NCBI GenBank assembly: GCA_951406725.2
Contig: OX597816.1
Location: 49,166,001-49,230,000, forward strand
DNA from: Octopus vulgaris
Taxonomy: Eukaryota
Direction of reading: 5' to 3'
Length of the DNA stretch: 64,000 nucleotides
Numbering within the stretch: position 1 is the stretch's first letter; each line of letters starts with the position of its first letter. Positions 1 through 13,000 of this stretch are shown one piece after another. The translations under genes were made by a program, and so were the position numbers. The notes under the pieces are model-generated. The model was not told where the DNA came from. It did not search any database and saw only the letters and a program-made list of their open reading frames with translations.

Positions 1-655
1 TCCCGACACGGAATGTCAGTGCCAACGATATGTCCAAGATGTGGGCTGGGCAATGAAACCGTCCAGCATGCTTTTGTACATTGTCAGGAGCTGTCAGGCT
101 TGATGATTTACGTCGAACACGTGTTGTCGCATCTGGGAAGAGTGCAGCTATCGGCTGAATCTATAACAAAGATTGTACTGCCAACTGGACTCTCGAAGGA
201 AGGTGAGGTATGTTTTTTTCTGTACAGTTGCTGTGCTGAAAGAATGTGTGTGGAAGACTAGAATGTAAAGACTAGTGACAGGATCCTTTATCTCTGGCCC
301 TGGTTTGCTACAATACTTCAGATGTCATCTGAAGAGCAAGATAGGGCTGGAGAAGAGAACCCTGTCGCGAAGTGTGTTTGAGGAAAGCTAGAAGGCTGTA
401 TTAAGAAAGGTGGGGGTCTTGTAACCTTACTTAATCTGCATTGGGAGAAAAAAAGGAAAGGGTAGCCGCTGGGCCTTTTAGGCAACCGGGCATAATCTCC
501 TCCCCAAAAGGTGGAAAAAAGGACTATATAATATAACATTCATCTTTTCATTAAAATTTTAAAACAAAGTTCATTCGAACCTGCACTAACTTCATTTGTA
601 TATGCTGTCCTGTGCTGAATCATCTATATGTGACATTATTGTCTTAATAAAAAAA
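1..655 (+). mobile_element. 3' end of an L1/Tx1-like LINE (ORF2 C-terminal zinc-binding region, 3' UTR, A-tail)
   Basis: ORF 13..261 contains CPRCGLGNETVQHAFVHC, a zf-RVT-type CxxC..H..C motif found after the RT of L1/Tx1 ORF2. The frame is disrupted downstream. The element ends at AATAAAAAAA near 646-655. Confidence 0.75.
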
Positions 656-671
656 TCAGCTTGCAAGCCAT

Positions 672-716
672 GCTACTCCAGACTGATGACTCAGAAACTA
701 GTCTCTGGGTTGTAGC
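672..716 (+). ncRNA. Minimal type I hammerhead ribozyme (Penelope-type, no helix II)
   Basis: ccaga-CTGATGA-ctca-GAAA-ctag-TC-tctgg. Stem I is CCAGA/TCTGG, extended by GCTAC/GTAGC. The core is intact, stem III is the palindrome ACTAGT, and the cleavage triplet is GUC. Confidence 0.75.
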
Positions 717-848
717 TTTGCTGGGTGAAGGTGCTTATCTCCAGGAAATCTGTCAAAGCCGACAAGAAGCGGTGCTTCCTAGGGCTAAGTACCAGTAGTA
801 GTGTTCCCTTTCATAGGACTGTCACATTAGATCGACAACATACCACCA

Positions 849-893
<45 letters not shown>

Positions 894-989
894 AGAAGGA
901 ATAGCTAAGAATTTTTGACTGCTATTTCTAAACTTCGGTATGTGGTGAAGCAAATCTCTGCTGAACCCTAATTATAAAGTATTATATAT

Positions 990-1021
<32 letters not shown>

Positions 1022-1029
1022 GCACATGT

Positions 1030-1394
1030 CTGTGTGACTGTGTCTGTGTTTGTCCACCACCGCTTCACAATCGGCGCTGGTGTGTTTACCCTTCCTTAAC
1101 TTAACGGTTCGGTAAAGGGATCCGATAGAATAAGTATCTGGCTTAAAACGTACTGAGGTCAATTCATTCGACCAAAAGATTCTCCTAGGTTGTACCCCAG
1201 CATAGCTGCAGTCTAATGACTGGAAAAGACCCCCCCAAAATGTATTATGGTTGTGTGGTAGAAAGATTGCTTGCCAAGCGTATGGTTTCGGTTCAATCCC
1301 ACTGCATGGCATCTTGGGCAAATACTTTCTACTTAATGAGGGCCGACAAATCTTTGATTGGATTTGATTGACAGGAACTGAAAGAAGCCCATCG

Positions 1395-1398
<4 letters not shown>
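1030..1398 (+). mobile_element. SINE family A fragments (3' half followed by the 5' half of another copy)
   Basis: Similar to the full copy at 11349-11815 (tgtgtttgtcc...gatagaataagta; ggttcaatcccactg...ttgggcaa). Confidence 0.7.
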
Positions 1399-1453
<55 letters not shown>

Positions 1454-2854
1454 TTCGATGCATGTAAACAAAGTTTGCTTCTTTTTAGAAGCGTTGATAT
1501 GTTTTGAAATATACAGATATGAAAATAATTTATTCTCCAACAGAATAATGTTGAACAGCATGCCCAAAAGAGAATATCCTTATATAGCTGACAAATTATT
1601 CTGTAATATAAGGATAATCTATCCTAAACATGCTATGCAGCACTGTTCTGCGTTTGAGTAAAATTAATTCCTTATCTCTGTGAATATCTCTGAGCCAGGC
1701 TAGACTTGAAAAAGGGTGCATAAATATAAAAATAATGAATGGAAGTAAATAAATAAATTACAACAAATCTTCTTCAACATCTTCCTCAATACCGAGATTA
1801 AACATTTGAGTTAAGCTATTAATTTGAAAAATAGCAATAAACTTCCATGACATGACTTCTAATGGCAGCTCCTGAGCATTAAATTCATTGCTAAATTTTC
1901 TTTGAAAATATTTGACTTAATTGATTGTTCATTGGGTAAATAAATTTGAACAATTTTCACGCTTACTCAATGCTAATATTATTCGTAATGAATCTCTCAA
2001 GGCCATACGTAATAAAACAGACAAAAATTACAAGGGAAATATTTGAAGATAATTAAGTTATGCAAAAAAAACCCGTCTATAGTGTATTGTCTACTCAGTG
2101 TCCATTTTAATTAAATAAGGAATTTTATAGATTTTTTCCTTGTTCAGACTGTTATTGTTATTTAGTACACGTCAGACTTCATGGAGTACACCTTCAATTA
2201 AACGTGCTTCGGCTACAACCATCCCGAATTTTATAATTTCCTATCGTATCTAGGACGAAATTTATTCGTTGCAAAGATGATATTTTAAAAGAAATAGGAC
2301 TATTACTTTTAGCAGACTGCCCGAGTACAGGATACCTCATTGGCTGTTGCTTTCACCCTGCCTCGTATGATTACAATTCAGTTATTCCCTACCCTTCTTG
2401 ATGCACTAAATATTGATCCTTTGTTTCAAAATTGTAACGCCACCCTTTAATTTTTTAGAGCTAAATATTCCGCATTAAAGTGAAATACATACCAACAATG
2501 GAAAAGTGTCTATGTGGTGGACTGACTTATCAGGTTTACCCGCCAAATTTGTCTTCAGTCTCATAATTATCCTCTTAAAACATGATACAATCTACAATGC
2601 AGTTAGAAGTCTTGTTCACTTTCATAGGATGGGCATGGCTGGAATACATTTAATCATAGATATAAACACAGAAATGACCTGGGTCCGGACAATAATAAAA
2701 AATACAACTCTTCAAGTAAATGTTCTAAATTTATTTGCTAAAATGGAATTTAGTTACAATTTTACACATTTATCAATAGAAAATCTAAAAATTATTTTTG
2801 TAGACATAGTTACAGAATTTCGAAATGTGATATAAAAATTTTCTCCCTTTCTTG

Positions 2855-2895
<41 letters not shown>

Positions 2896-3429
2896 TATAT
2901 ACATATTCGCGCACACACATATGTGGAATATTTAGAAATAGATTCTAATATAATATGAAAAAAATTCAGTTTTAGCAAATAAAATATTGCATATCCTTAC
3001 CTAAGGGTTAGAATAACAAAAGTCATAACCAACTTTTTTAGTTACATTTTATATAACTGATTTATGAAGCAGCAACTAAATTTAAAAAATTCCAACAACT
3101 AAATGCGTGGGAATATTTAGTTTCCTAAATTCACAAACTGAGATCGAATTATACCACCATCCTATATATATTTATTGTCTTTCTGTCCCATGAACCACTG
3201 ATGTTTTTGATCACTTAAAATAGAATATTCTTGCTTCACTTGCCGAACAAACCATGCTGTATGTCTCGAACGTCGTGAATAAATAAGCTAATACATGAAC
3301 GCTGTTTAGAAAATGGGCCAATATGAAAATCTTAAACTTTTGTTCATTCTCCTTTTTATTGAAACCGTGTCTCTGAATTAAGCAAATGACCACCTATTTA
3401 AAGGATGAGGTTTGTTGAATGCATTCAAA

Positions 3430-4960
3430 ATCAGTAACTATTTGATCGATCAAGAAGAATGAAAAGAAGAGCTGACAGCTTCAGGAATTAAATTCAGAAC
3501 TTAAACAACCGGAATAAATACCATGAGTCATTTTTCCGACGCTCCAGCAAAAAATACTGGTTTCAAATTTTGGCACAAGGCCCGCAACTAGTGCATATTA
3601 CATGGACTCCGGTGCTCAACCGTTACTTATTTTTATCGACGCTGCAAAGATGAAACACCAAAAATCTTATATTTTTCATTTCTTATACTAGTTCCATTTA
3701 ATAACTGTTTATCATGTCTCTGCTTTTCGTAATTTAAAATATATTCTACGGAAGCAACTGTTGAGTTAAATGTCGGACAAACAACAGTGGAATTTGAACT
3801 AAGATGCATAAAGACAGGCGGAATACAGTTAAGTATTTTAGCCAGGCGCAGTAATGATTCTTATTTCTTTATTGCTCACAAGGGGCTAAACACAGAGGGT
3901 ACAAACAAGGACAGACAAAAGGATTAAGTCGATAAGATCGACCAGTATGCAACTGGTACTTAATTTATCGACTCCGAAAGGATGAAAGGCAAAGTCGACC
4001 CCGGCGTAATTTGAACTCAGAACGCAAAGACAGTCGAAATACCGCTAAGCATTTCGCTCGACGTGCTAACAATTCTGCCACCTCGCCGCCTTAGAATCGA
4101 ATAATATTGGTTTCAAATTTTGAGGCAAGCCCAGAATTTCGGGGGCAGGGGAGTAAGTCTATTTTATCGACTCCAGTGCTCAACTATTACTTATTTTTAT
4201 CGACGCTGCAAGGATGAAACACACAGTCAGCCTCGGCGGAATTTGAACTAGCAACATATGGGCGGACGGAATGCGGAGAATCATTTTGACCGGGTGCAGT
4301 AATGTTCCTAGCATCTCGCTGCCTTAGGAGCGAATAATAATCCTTTCTGCTATATGCACAAGGCCTGAAAGTTTGGGGGAAGGGGCAAGTCGATTAGATC
4401 GATTCCACTACTCAACTGGTACTTAACTTATCGACTCCGAAAGGATGAAAGACAAAGTCGACCTCGGCGGAATTTGAACTCAGAACGTAGCGGCAGACGA
4501 AATACCGCTAAGCATTTCTCCCGGCATGCTAGCTATTCCTATTTCTTTATTGCCCACAAGGGGCTAAACATAGAGGGGACAAACAAGGACAGATAAAGAG
4601 AATAAGTCAATTACATCGACCCCAGCGCGTAACTGGTACTTAATTTATCACCACCGAAAGGATGAAAGGCGAAGTCGACCTCGGCGGAATTTGAACTCAG
4701 AGCGTAACGGCAGACGAAATACCAATTTCTTTACTGCCCACAACTGGCTACATACAGAGGGGACAAACAAGGACAGACAAAGGGAATAAGTCGATTACAT
4801 CGACCCCAGTGCGTAACTGGTACTTATTTAATCGACCCCGAAAAGATGAACGGGAAAGTCGACGTCGGAGGAATTTGAACACGGAACGTAACGGCAGACC
4901 AAATACGGCTACCCATTTCACCCGGCGTGCTAACGTTTCTGCAAGCTCGCCGCATTCCTT
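3430..4960 (-). mobile_element. Head-to-tail array of SINE family B copies (tRNA head plus Meta/MESC-like core)
   Basis: Repeated gaaaggatgaaaggcaaagtcgacctcggcggaatttgaactc core, which contains a B-box-like gagttcaaattcc on the minus strand. About 7 units of varying divergence. Confidence 0.85.
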
Positions 4961-6388
4961 AGGATCGAATAGTAATAACATGAAGTTGTCTGCCACGATA
5001 CATACGTTGGTAAATCATTGCCAGTTTCCTATTTAATAAACGAAAGCTATAAGACAAATGGTTATTTACGTTGGTTTCACATGCTGATAATGTAAGATTT
5101 TATCTCTTATAGACACAAATACGCATACACTTATATATCAGCTCTATATATACGTACAAACACACACATATACTCATATATAATATAATTTAAATATACG
5201 TATAGATACGTTTATAGGCATAGTTACATAAAAATACACACACATGTATATTTATGTATGCAGATATGTATATAAAAATATATTTATAAACACTCATTGC
5301 GATGAATATAAAAACGTATCAGATCGCTTGCCAAAGAGCAAATTAGGTGTCAACCTTTGCAGTTTTAATGAATGGAAATTATATGTTCATTAATCGTTAT
5401 TTACTATAGAGACGTCGAATTTTGCTTTTCTTGGCAGATTACTCTGTAATTAGACGTAAATGATCAGATTCATACGATTTATTGTTTGTGATTTGTTTCA
5501 TGCGCATTATGGCTGCGTCTTACCAAAATATGCTTCCCTACATTGTCATCATATACAAGGGTACACAAAGATAAGTGTGTGGCTTACTATTCACAAGAGT
5601 ATACACACACACACACACACGTTTGCATTAATGTTTGTTTCCTTGTGAAATTGTACACACAATAATATATATATATATAAACATACATGTAATGAAACAT
5701 AAAATGAAGGATCACTAAATACATTTAAGTAGAGCATTGCAATAATATGTTTTAACAAATAAAATGCTGAGACACAATGTCAACCTTTCTTTGTGTAAAA
5801 TTAAATTATACACACACACACGTAAACATTCACATGCAAAGACACATATTTACACGTAAACATTCACATGCAAACACACATAGTTACACACATATATGTG
5901 TATAACTAACGTTGGAGTCAGTTAATGTCGAGTTCCTTATTTAACGGCTTAATAATTGACAACATTGCACAAAATAAAGTTTTAAATTACTTGTTGATTA
6001 TATGCTACTTGTTCACGTATCAACTCATGTCTATATAGGCTATTAACATCTCACAGACATTATCATCTTTTCACCTATCCTAATACAGGTAGACACTGCA
6101 TTCAGTAACTTCAACACACTGCATTTATAATTACAAAACTTCTCATAAATTACATTTATTCAGTATACCACATTCCATTTTTTCTTACTTATTACCTACA
6201 TCATTGGATTTATAGGTCTATAGATTTATAGGTCTCTCTCTCCAGCCTCACCCTTTGTGATATATAAACACAATGTAAAATTACATTGATGGATCTCTTA
6301 GCACGTTTTAGTAGAGTACATATTCATTAACAATGATAAGGAAAATGTTGAAAGGAATTTCGAAATTCCAGCTCGTCTCTTTCATCAG

Positions 6389-6432
6389 ACAGTCCAATGA
6401 AGACAAGCGTGTCGAAACTTCGAAGTCACTGT
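6389..6432 (+). ncRNA. Degenerate type I hammerhead motif (Penelope pLTR-like)
   Basis: acagt-CCAATGA-a-GACA-agcg-TGTC-GAAA-CTTCGAAG-TC-actgt. All three stems pair and stem III is palindromic, but the core differs from CUGANGA at 2 positions. Confidence 0.6.
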
Positions 6433-6510
6433 TAAGTTTATTACTCATATAAGTCAAATGACTGAAACATGTAAAACAATAAAACAATAAATCTATACAT
6501 ACACACATGC

Positions 6511-6576
<66 letters not shown>

Positions 6577-6607
6577 GCGCATTATGGCTGCGTCTTACCA
6601 AAATATG

Positions 6608-6652
<45 letters not shown>

Positions 6653-6653
6653 G

Positions 6654-6715
<62 letters not shown>

Positions 6716-6784
6716 TTATATATATGCATGTGTATATATATATATTCATGCGCATTATGGCTGCGTCTTACCAAAATATGTTTG

Positions 6785-6871
<87 letters not shown>

Positions 6872-6968
6872 GGATATGGGATAAACTTTTTCCGAAAAAA
6901 TTTCGTCAAGCAGCACATTAAAATACCTTTAAAGTTTAAACTTTTATAAACAACTTATAACTTAGAAG

Positions 6969-7054
<86 letters not shown>

Positions 7055-7055
7055 C

Positions 7056-7416
7056 TCGGAGGACTTACGATCAGAACAAGAAGCAGAGGAGGTCGCTCAA
7101 ATGGACCTTGTCTCAAGCTAACATCCAGCTATCCCCATGGGAACAGATTGCCATGGATAGGACAGCTTGGAGGACTGCTATTTCCAATGGAGCCAGCTCC
7201 TTCGAGCAGAACAGACAACAGAATGAGGAGGCAAAATGCAGGAGAAGAAAGGAGCGTCTTCAACATCCTCGACCTGCACCGAACATCCGGTGCGAGTTCT
7301 GCCCACGACTCTTTCACCATCGACTTCGACTCCAAAGTCACCTTTGGCACAAACATCAGCCGAGGAGAGTGGATGGAAACTGATGAACCCAATGCTCGAA
7401 TACGAGCTGGAGCCGC

Positions 7417-7418
<2 letters not shown>
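7056..7418 (+). mobile_element. 5'-truncated RTE-clade LINE 3' end
   Basis: ORF 7108..7383 has WEQIAMDRTAWRTAI...CEFCPRLFHHRLRLQSHLWHKH, resembling an RTE C-terminus with a C2H2 finger. A short 3' UTR follows. The fragment lies between (TATC)n and (TA)n. Confidence 0.75.
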
Positions 7419-7464
<46 letters not shown>

Positions 7465-8279
7465 TCATATTATATACATACTCATAATTTATACTCATAC
7501 TATATATATGAGAGGAAGGGAGGAAAGAGAGTGTAATATTTTTATATTAAAGAAGTGTAACCCCACAGCAGTGCAATTATTCGATATGTTGCCATATCTT
7601 GTCAGTAACTGTATATCAAAAATCTGTTGCGGCCGAACTCAGCTGAAAACATAAAACAGTAACGCAGTAATATGACAGGGAGAAAACTTCTAAAAGAAAT
7701 AAATAAGAAAAGGAAATTCCTTTCACTTAAGACATCTATCAGACTTATAATGCATAAATTTAAAATGGATGAGCTATTTAATTGAATACTTGGTAACATT
7801 CCGGAGTCGAACGGAAACTGTGAATATATTAATATGACAAAAATATTATGACTGTTGACATACAGAAAAAAGTAACACTGAGAAATTCAATAGACGAGGC
7901 AGAGAAAATGATTCCACAAATAAAAATTATATAAAAAAGTTATACTTACTAATATATGAAAGCAAAAGTCGGTTAATTTGTTGTAAGGCCAGGACAAGAA
8001 ATATTTATTGGAGGCAAAAATATTATACATATAAAAAGCAACCGAAATTTGACTTTGAAGAAAGCTTGCTAATTCCGTCCGCTTATAGGAATCGGTGAAA
8101 CAAGCACAGAATTAGCAGGAAAGATTTTTCAAAGTATATAAGACTCTATTCTTTCTATCAAGTTGAATAAATCTTGATACAATATTAAAAAGAAAAACAT
8201 TAATAAAGATGAAAATATTGATAACAAGGATGAATTGATTCTATTTGCATAAGTCATATATAAATTGAAATTTAGCGTT

Positions 8280-8612
8280 ATATATACGCATTATATATAT
8301 ATATGTATGTGTGTGTGTATGTGTGTGTGTATGTATGTGTATAAATGTATGTATATATATGTATATATATAAATATATGTATATATATATATACACACAT
8401 ACATGTATATATATATATATGTATACATGTATCTATATCTAGATCTATCTACCAATATACATACATGTATATGTATGCATGCATATATATTTATACATAT
8501 ATATATATATATAGATACATATATATATTTATATTTATATATATAAATAATATATATACATATATATATATATATTCGTAATAACATAGTATACATGTTG
8601 TTATGAATACGG

Positions 8613-8665
<53 letters not shown>

Positions 8666-8898
8666 CAAATACAGTATACAAATATGTGTGTGTGTGCGTG
8701 TGTGTATGCAAAAACAGAAACACAGACATATATGTATTTGCACACTTAGATAATAACTCACAAAATGAGACCGATGCGAAAAGTGTCTAAGCCATAGTTT
8801 ATTAGTTCCATAAGTGGACAGGGTTTATACAATGGCCTCCCCTAATTACCAGCTGTACTGTCTTGAAATGTAAAAGAAAGTAGAAATTACATGCTTTG

Positions 8899-8980
<82 letters not shown>

Positions 8981-9700
8981 CTATCGATATGTTTATGAAA
9001 ACATCTGAATGGCATTCTTGTGTTCATTGCGGCAACTTTCATCTGTTTTGGTTCATATATTTAGCTGCTTTTGTTTGTGTCGCACGCACACACACAGACA
9101 AATGCACACATATGTACACACATACATATGCACACACTTATGCAGATATGTTGGTGTACTGTATATATGTGTGTGTGTGTGTGTGTGTGCGTAATGTTAA
9201 GTCAAAGACGAAGCAGAAAGAACAGCATAGAAAGATTGGTGCGACGAATTATGTATTTTGTCTATACATAATAACCCACACACGCACACACACACACATA
9301 TATATATACATTTATCTGCGTGTATATATGTATATATATCTTCATACATATATACATACGTACACACACACACATATATATGTATATATATGAAAATATA
9401 TATATATGTACCTATATATTTCAATACAAATATGCATATATATATCTACACACATATATTTATCTATCTATATATATATATATTAATATATTATATATAT
9501 ATATATATACATATATATTAATATATTATATATATATATCAATGTATAAATATGTATACATATATATATTTATATTTAGATAAACATATGTGTGTAGATA
9601 TATATATATATATATTAATATATGATATATATATTAATGTATAAATATGTATATATATATACATATATATATATACACATTTATTGATATACATATGCAT

Positions 9701-9748
<48 letters not shown>

Positions 9749-9780
9749 GCGTTGATATACGCACACACCCACACACACAC
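8280..9780. repeat. Compound (TA)n/(CA)n/(TATG)n microsatellite field
   Basis: Directly visible. It generates the spurious YI/HT/CV-rich ORFs. Confidence 0.9.
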
Positions 9781-11348
9781 GTATAAACCGCATAACCATA
9801 CATATCATTATGTGTAACCACTCAAAACACATCCATATATTTGACATCAAATATTAGATTTTTTTTCCTGTTTCCTTCGCGGAAGCAACGTATATATTTG
9901 TAAACTAGACAGAAAATATTCCATTATCATCAAATTTATTGAATGTTGTCATGATTACAATGAGTGACCAAAGCAATATTAAAAGAACCATTGCGACCAA
10001 TGATTTATTCAGTTTTTCTTTTATGGTCGGGTCAGATCTTCTTTCTATGAGCTTCAAGCCCGACATTATCTCGTCTGTAAATGGTCATTGGTAAGGATAA
10101 TGTAGAGCGGACGGTCAGAACAGTCGACATTGTACTAGTTGAGGTATCGTGGTAAATAAGCGATTACGCAAATCAATATTAACCCAATATCTGAGAGTCT
10201 CGCAATACACCTATGAACCCTGCTTCTTATGACCACCATTGCACATTGTATTCAACGTAGTGCAGTGACTGATTTCATTATCATCAAACAAAATTAACGT
10301 ATATGAAGATTATGAGTTATTCTTCTCGCATCGTAGTTACTCTTCATCGTTTTCACAGATACACCGTTACAATTATGTGTGGGAAGTTTTATAATTTATA
10401 TAATTGCAACTTTATTTGAAACTTATGAATAGCTAATTTGTTGGTCTGTGGAGAATTCCTCAAAGACAAATATGAAAAGTAGTCATTAATGTTGAATGTG
10501 AGTGACCTGAATGATTAATTACAATAACTATTTGCTAAATGGCCCTTTATTGCTTTTGGCTGTTGATTACATTAGGCTATCATCAAAAGACAATCTTGAT
10601 TGATTTTTGCTGTGTAGTTAAGTAAAACTTTCAACAATTAATTATGAAAAATAGCTAATGTTATCTACTATGGTTGTTGACACTTTTGGTAGTCTGGAAG
10701 GAAGAGATATTCTACATGAATTCGTAATGTAAAATGTCGGAGTCACGTTGTAAGGGGCAATTATACCGGAAGAATGGACGAGGAAAATTTATGCGAGTCA
10801 GAATTCTGCCCTTTGGTATACATGTTTGTGAATAAGTAATTAAGTTCATAACTCAAATTAGGTGAAGAGAACAGGTTGGAAATTCCACAGTTATAAGGAC
10901 ACCATACTGTTGCGCAAACACATAAACGTACGTACATGCATGCACACAAACACATGCACACACATATACTTACACGCAACCATGCGCTCAAGCGTGTACG
11001 TACAATCACTGACACGCATAAACCTGTTGGCAAAAGTGACACTTTAGTGTCTGGTTCACGAACTTTCGTACACAGAAAGCACTTAGTTAACATAAACTCT
11101 TCTGGTTCTATTGCTTGGTTGCCAAAGGCCTTACACATTAGAATTAACGCAATCTCTACCACCGTTTTGGATGTTATCTCATAATTCATGAAAACTTCAT
11201 CATACAATTACTTGAACCTTTCATTATATACATTATTCGTTATGATTCAACAAGATTGTGGTAGCAAGGGTGTTTAAACAGCAACTATTGGCTGTTGAAA
11301 TACACGTGAGTTACAGAAGACGATAACACGCAATATAATTCTAAATAT

Positions 11349-11815
11349 AGGTGCAGGAGTGGCTGTGTGATAAGTAACTGGCTTACCAGCCACATGGTTT
11401 CGGGTTCATTCCTGCTGTGTGGCACTTTGGGCAAATGTCTTCTACTATAGCCTCGGGCCAAACAAAGCCTTGTGAGTGGATTTGGTAGAAAAAACTGAAA
11501 GAAGACCGTCGTATACACACACACACAACACACACACACATATATATGTGTGTGTGTGCGTGCGCGCGTGTGTGTATGAATGTGTGTGTGTGAGTGTGTG
11601 TGTTTCTGTGTCTGTGTTTGTCCCCCGAAAATCACTTGACAACCGATGCTGGTGTGTTTACGTCCCCGTAACTTAGCGGTTCGGCAAAAGAGACCGATAG
11701 AATAAGTAATAGGCTTCCAAAGAATAAGTCCTGGGGTCGGTTTGCTCGACTTAAGGCGGTGCTCCAGCATGGCCGTAGTCAAATGACTGAAACAAGTAAA
11801 AGAATAAAAGAGTAA
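11349..11815 (+). mobile_element. Full-length SINE family A (tRNA-derived head, CORE-like ttgggcaa segment, internal microsatellite)
   Basis: A-box-like tggctgtgtgataag, B-box-like gggttcattcc, central (CA)/(TG) tract and a gactgaaacaagtaaaaga tail. Many paralogues occur in the window. Confidence 0.85.
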
Positions 11816-12402
11816 AGAGTAAAGTGTATACAAAAAGGAAAAGAGAAACAATAGTCACTGAGTTTAGAGGTCTACTCATTTAGGGCCTAAAAATAGTAAC
11901 ATGTTGCTGTAGTAGGGTGGAAAATAGCGATCACTGTTTTGGAAAATGGGGCAACAGTCGAAGAAATAATGTTGCCGAGGATAAACATTGAAAATGGATA
12001 TACACCTTTATTGAACTAAGTATAAGAATTTCTTCTCGGAGAAGCAGGTGTTTAAATAATTTAAGTGATGTTCGTATTCTATCTGTGGAATGACATTAGA
12101 GTTAGAAGTGGAGAGAAATTTAGTCGGCCTGTTACAGATGGAGACGATAGGATGATTGAGATTATTCGGGTGGTTCCTTTTAAAACGAATGTTCCCGTTT
12201 TGTTTTTGTTGCTATTACTCACGTAAAATGTCTTTTTGTTGTGATGAATATAAAGCTTTCCAGTCAACGGAAAGCTTTATACTATAAACCCTCTAACATT
12301 CAATCAATTATTGTTTATTTGTATTCTTGCTCATCACCACAAATTCAACATTTTTTAATCCAAATTCTTACAACTTCGAATGGTATAAGCGGTATAATGT
12401 AA

Positions 12403-12637
12403 GTGAAGGCGGCGAGCTAACAGAAACGTTAGCACGCCGGATGAAATGCTTAGCGATATTTCGTCTGTCGTTACGTTGAGTTCAAATTCCGCCGAGGTTG
12501 CCTTTGCCTTTCATCCTTTCGGGGTCGATAAATTAAGTACCAGTTCCGCACTGGGGTCGATGTAATCGACTTAATACCTATATCTGTCCTTGTTTGTTTC
12601 CTCTATGTTTAACCCCTTGTGGGTAATAAAGAAATAA
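12403..12637 (+). mobile_element. Single SINE family B copy with target-site duplication
   Basis: Complete head-core-tail structure, flanked by the 11-bp TSD gtataatgtaa (12392-12402 and 12638-12648). Confidence 0.9.
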
Positions 12638-12719
12638 GTATAATGTAAAATCTCGGACCTGCTGTATATAACTGGCGTAAAGTAAGGTTTTGTAGATGAA
12701 GTTACTCTATATCGATCGC

Positions 12720-13000
12720 AGATAATCTTTCAACCTATTCCGTGCAGCCAGATGATCTACTGAGTCTAGCAACATTAAATATTACTTGGTGACATAATTA
12801 TCCCGTCTGTTATTTTCTTCTAATCAGCCCTTCCGAGTACAGTTTTTCACAGTTCTGATTTCTACAAGAAGTATAAGAAAATTACTTCATGCTTTTCTTT
12901 CTGTCCTGTGTGCAGTTTCTCCAATTCCACAGCATCCTTTCTTGGACTTCTATGGCTAACTGTGTTTTTCAATGTGTGGTACTATTAACTTTTACACCAT
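12720..13000 (-). pseudogene. Possible ancient RTE LINE C-terminal remnant
   Basis: Minus-strand translations (AIEVQERML..., EKLYSEGLIRRK) weakly resemble RTE C-terminal motifs. Many stops and frameshifts. Confidence 0.3.

Noticed and set aside
7376-7412. CTGATGA...GAAT as a hammerhead
   Set aside because: No GAAA and no stem I or III. It is an ordinary RTE 3' UTR.
6308-9583. Many YI/HT/CV-repeat ORFs here and throughout the window
   Set aside because: Read-throughs of (TA)n, (CA)n and (TATG)n microsatellites.
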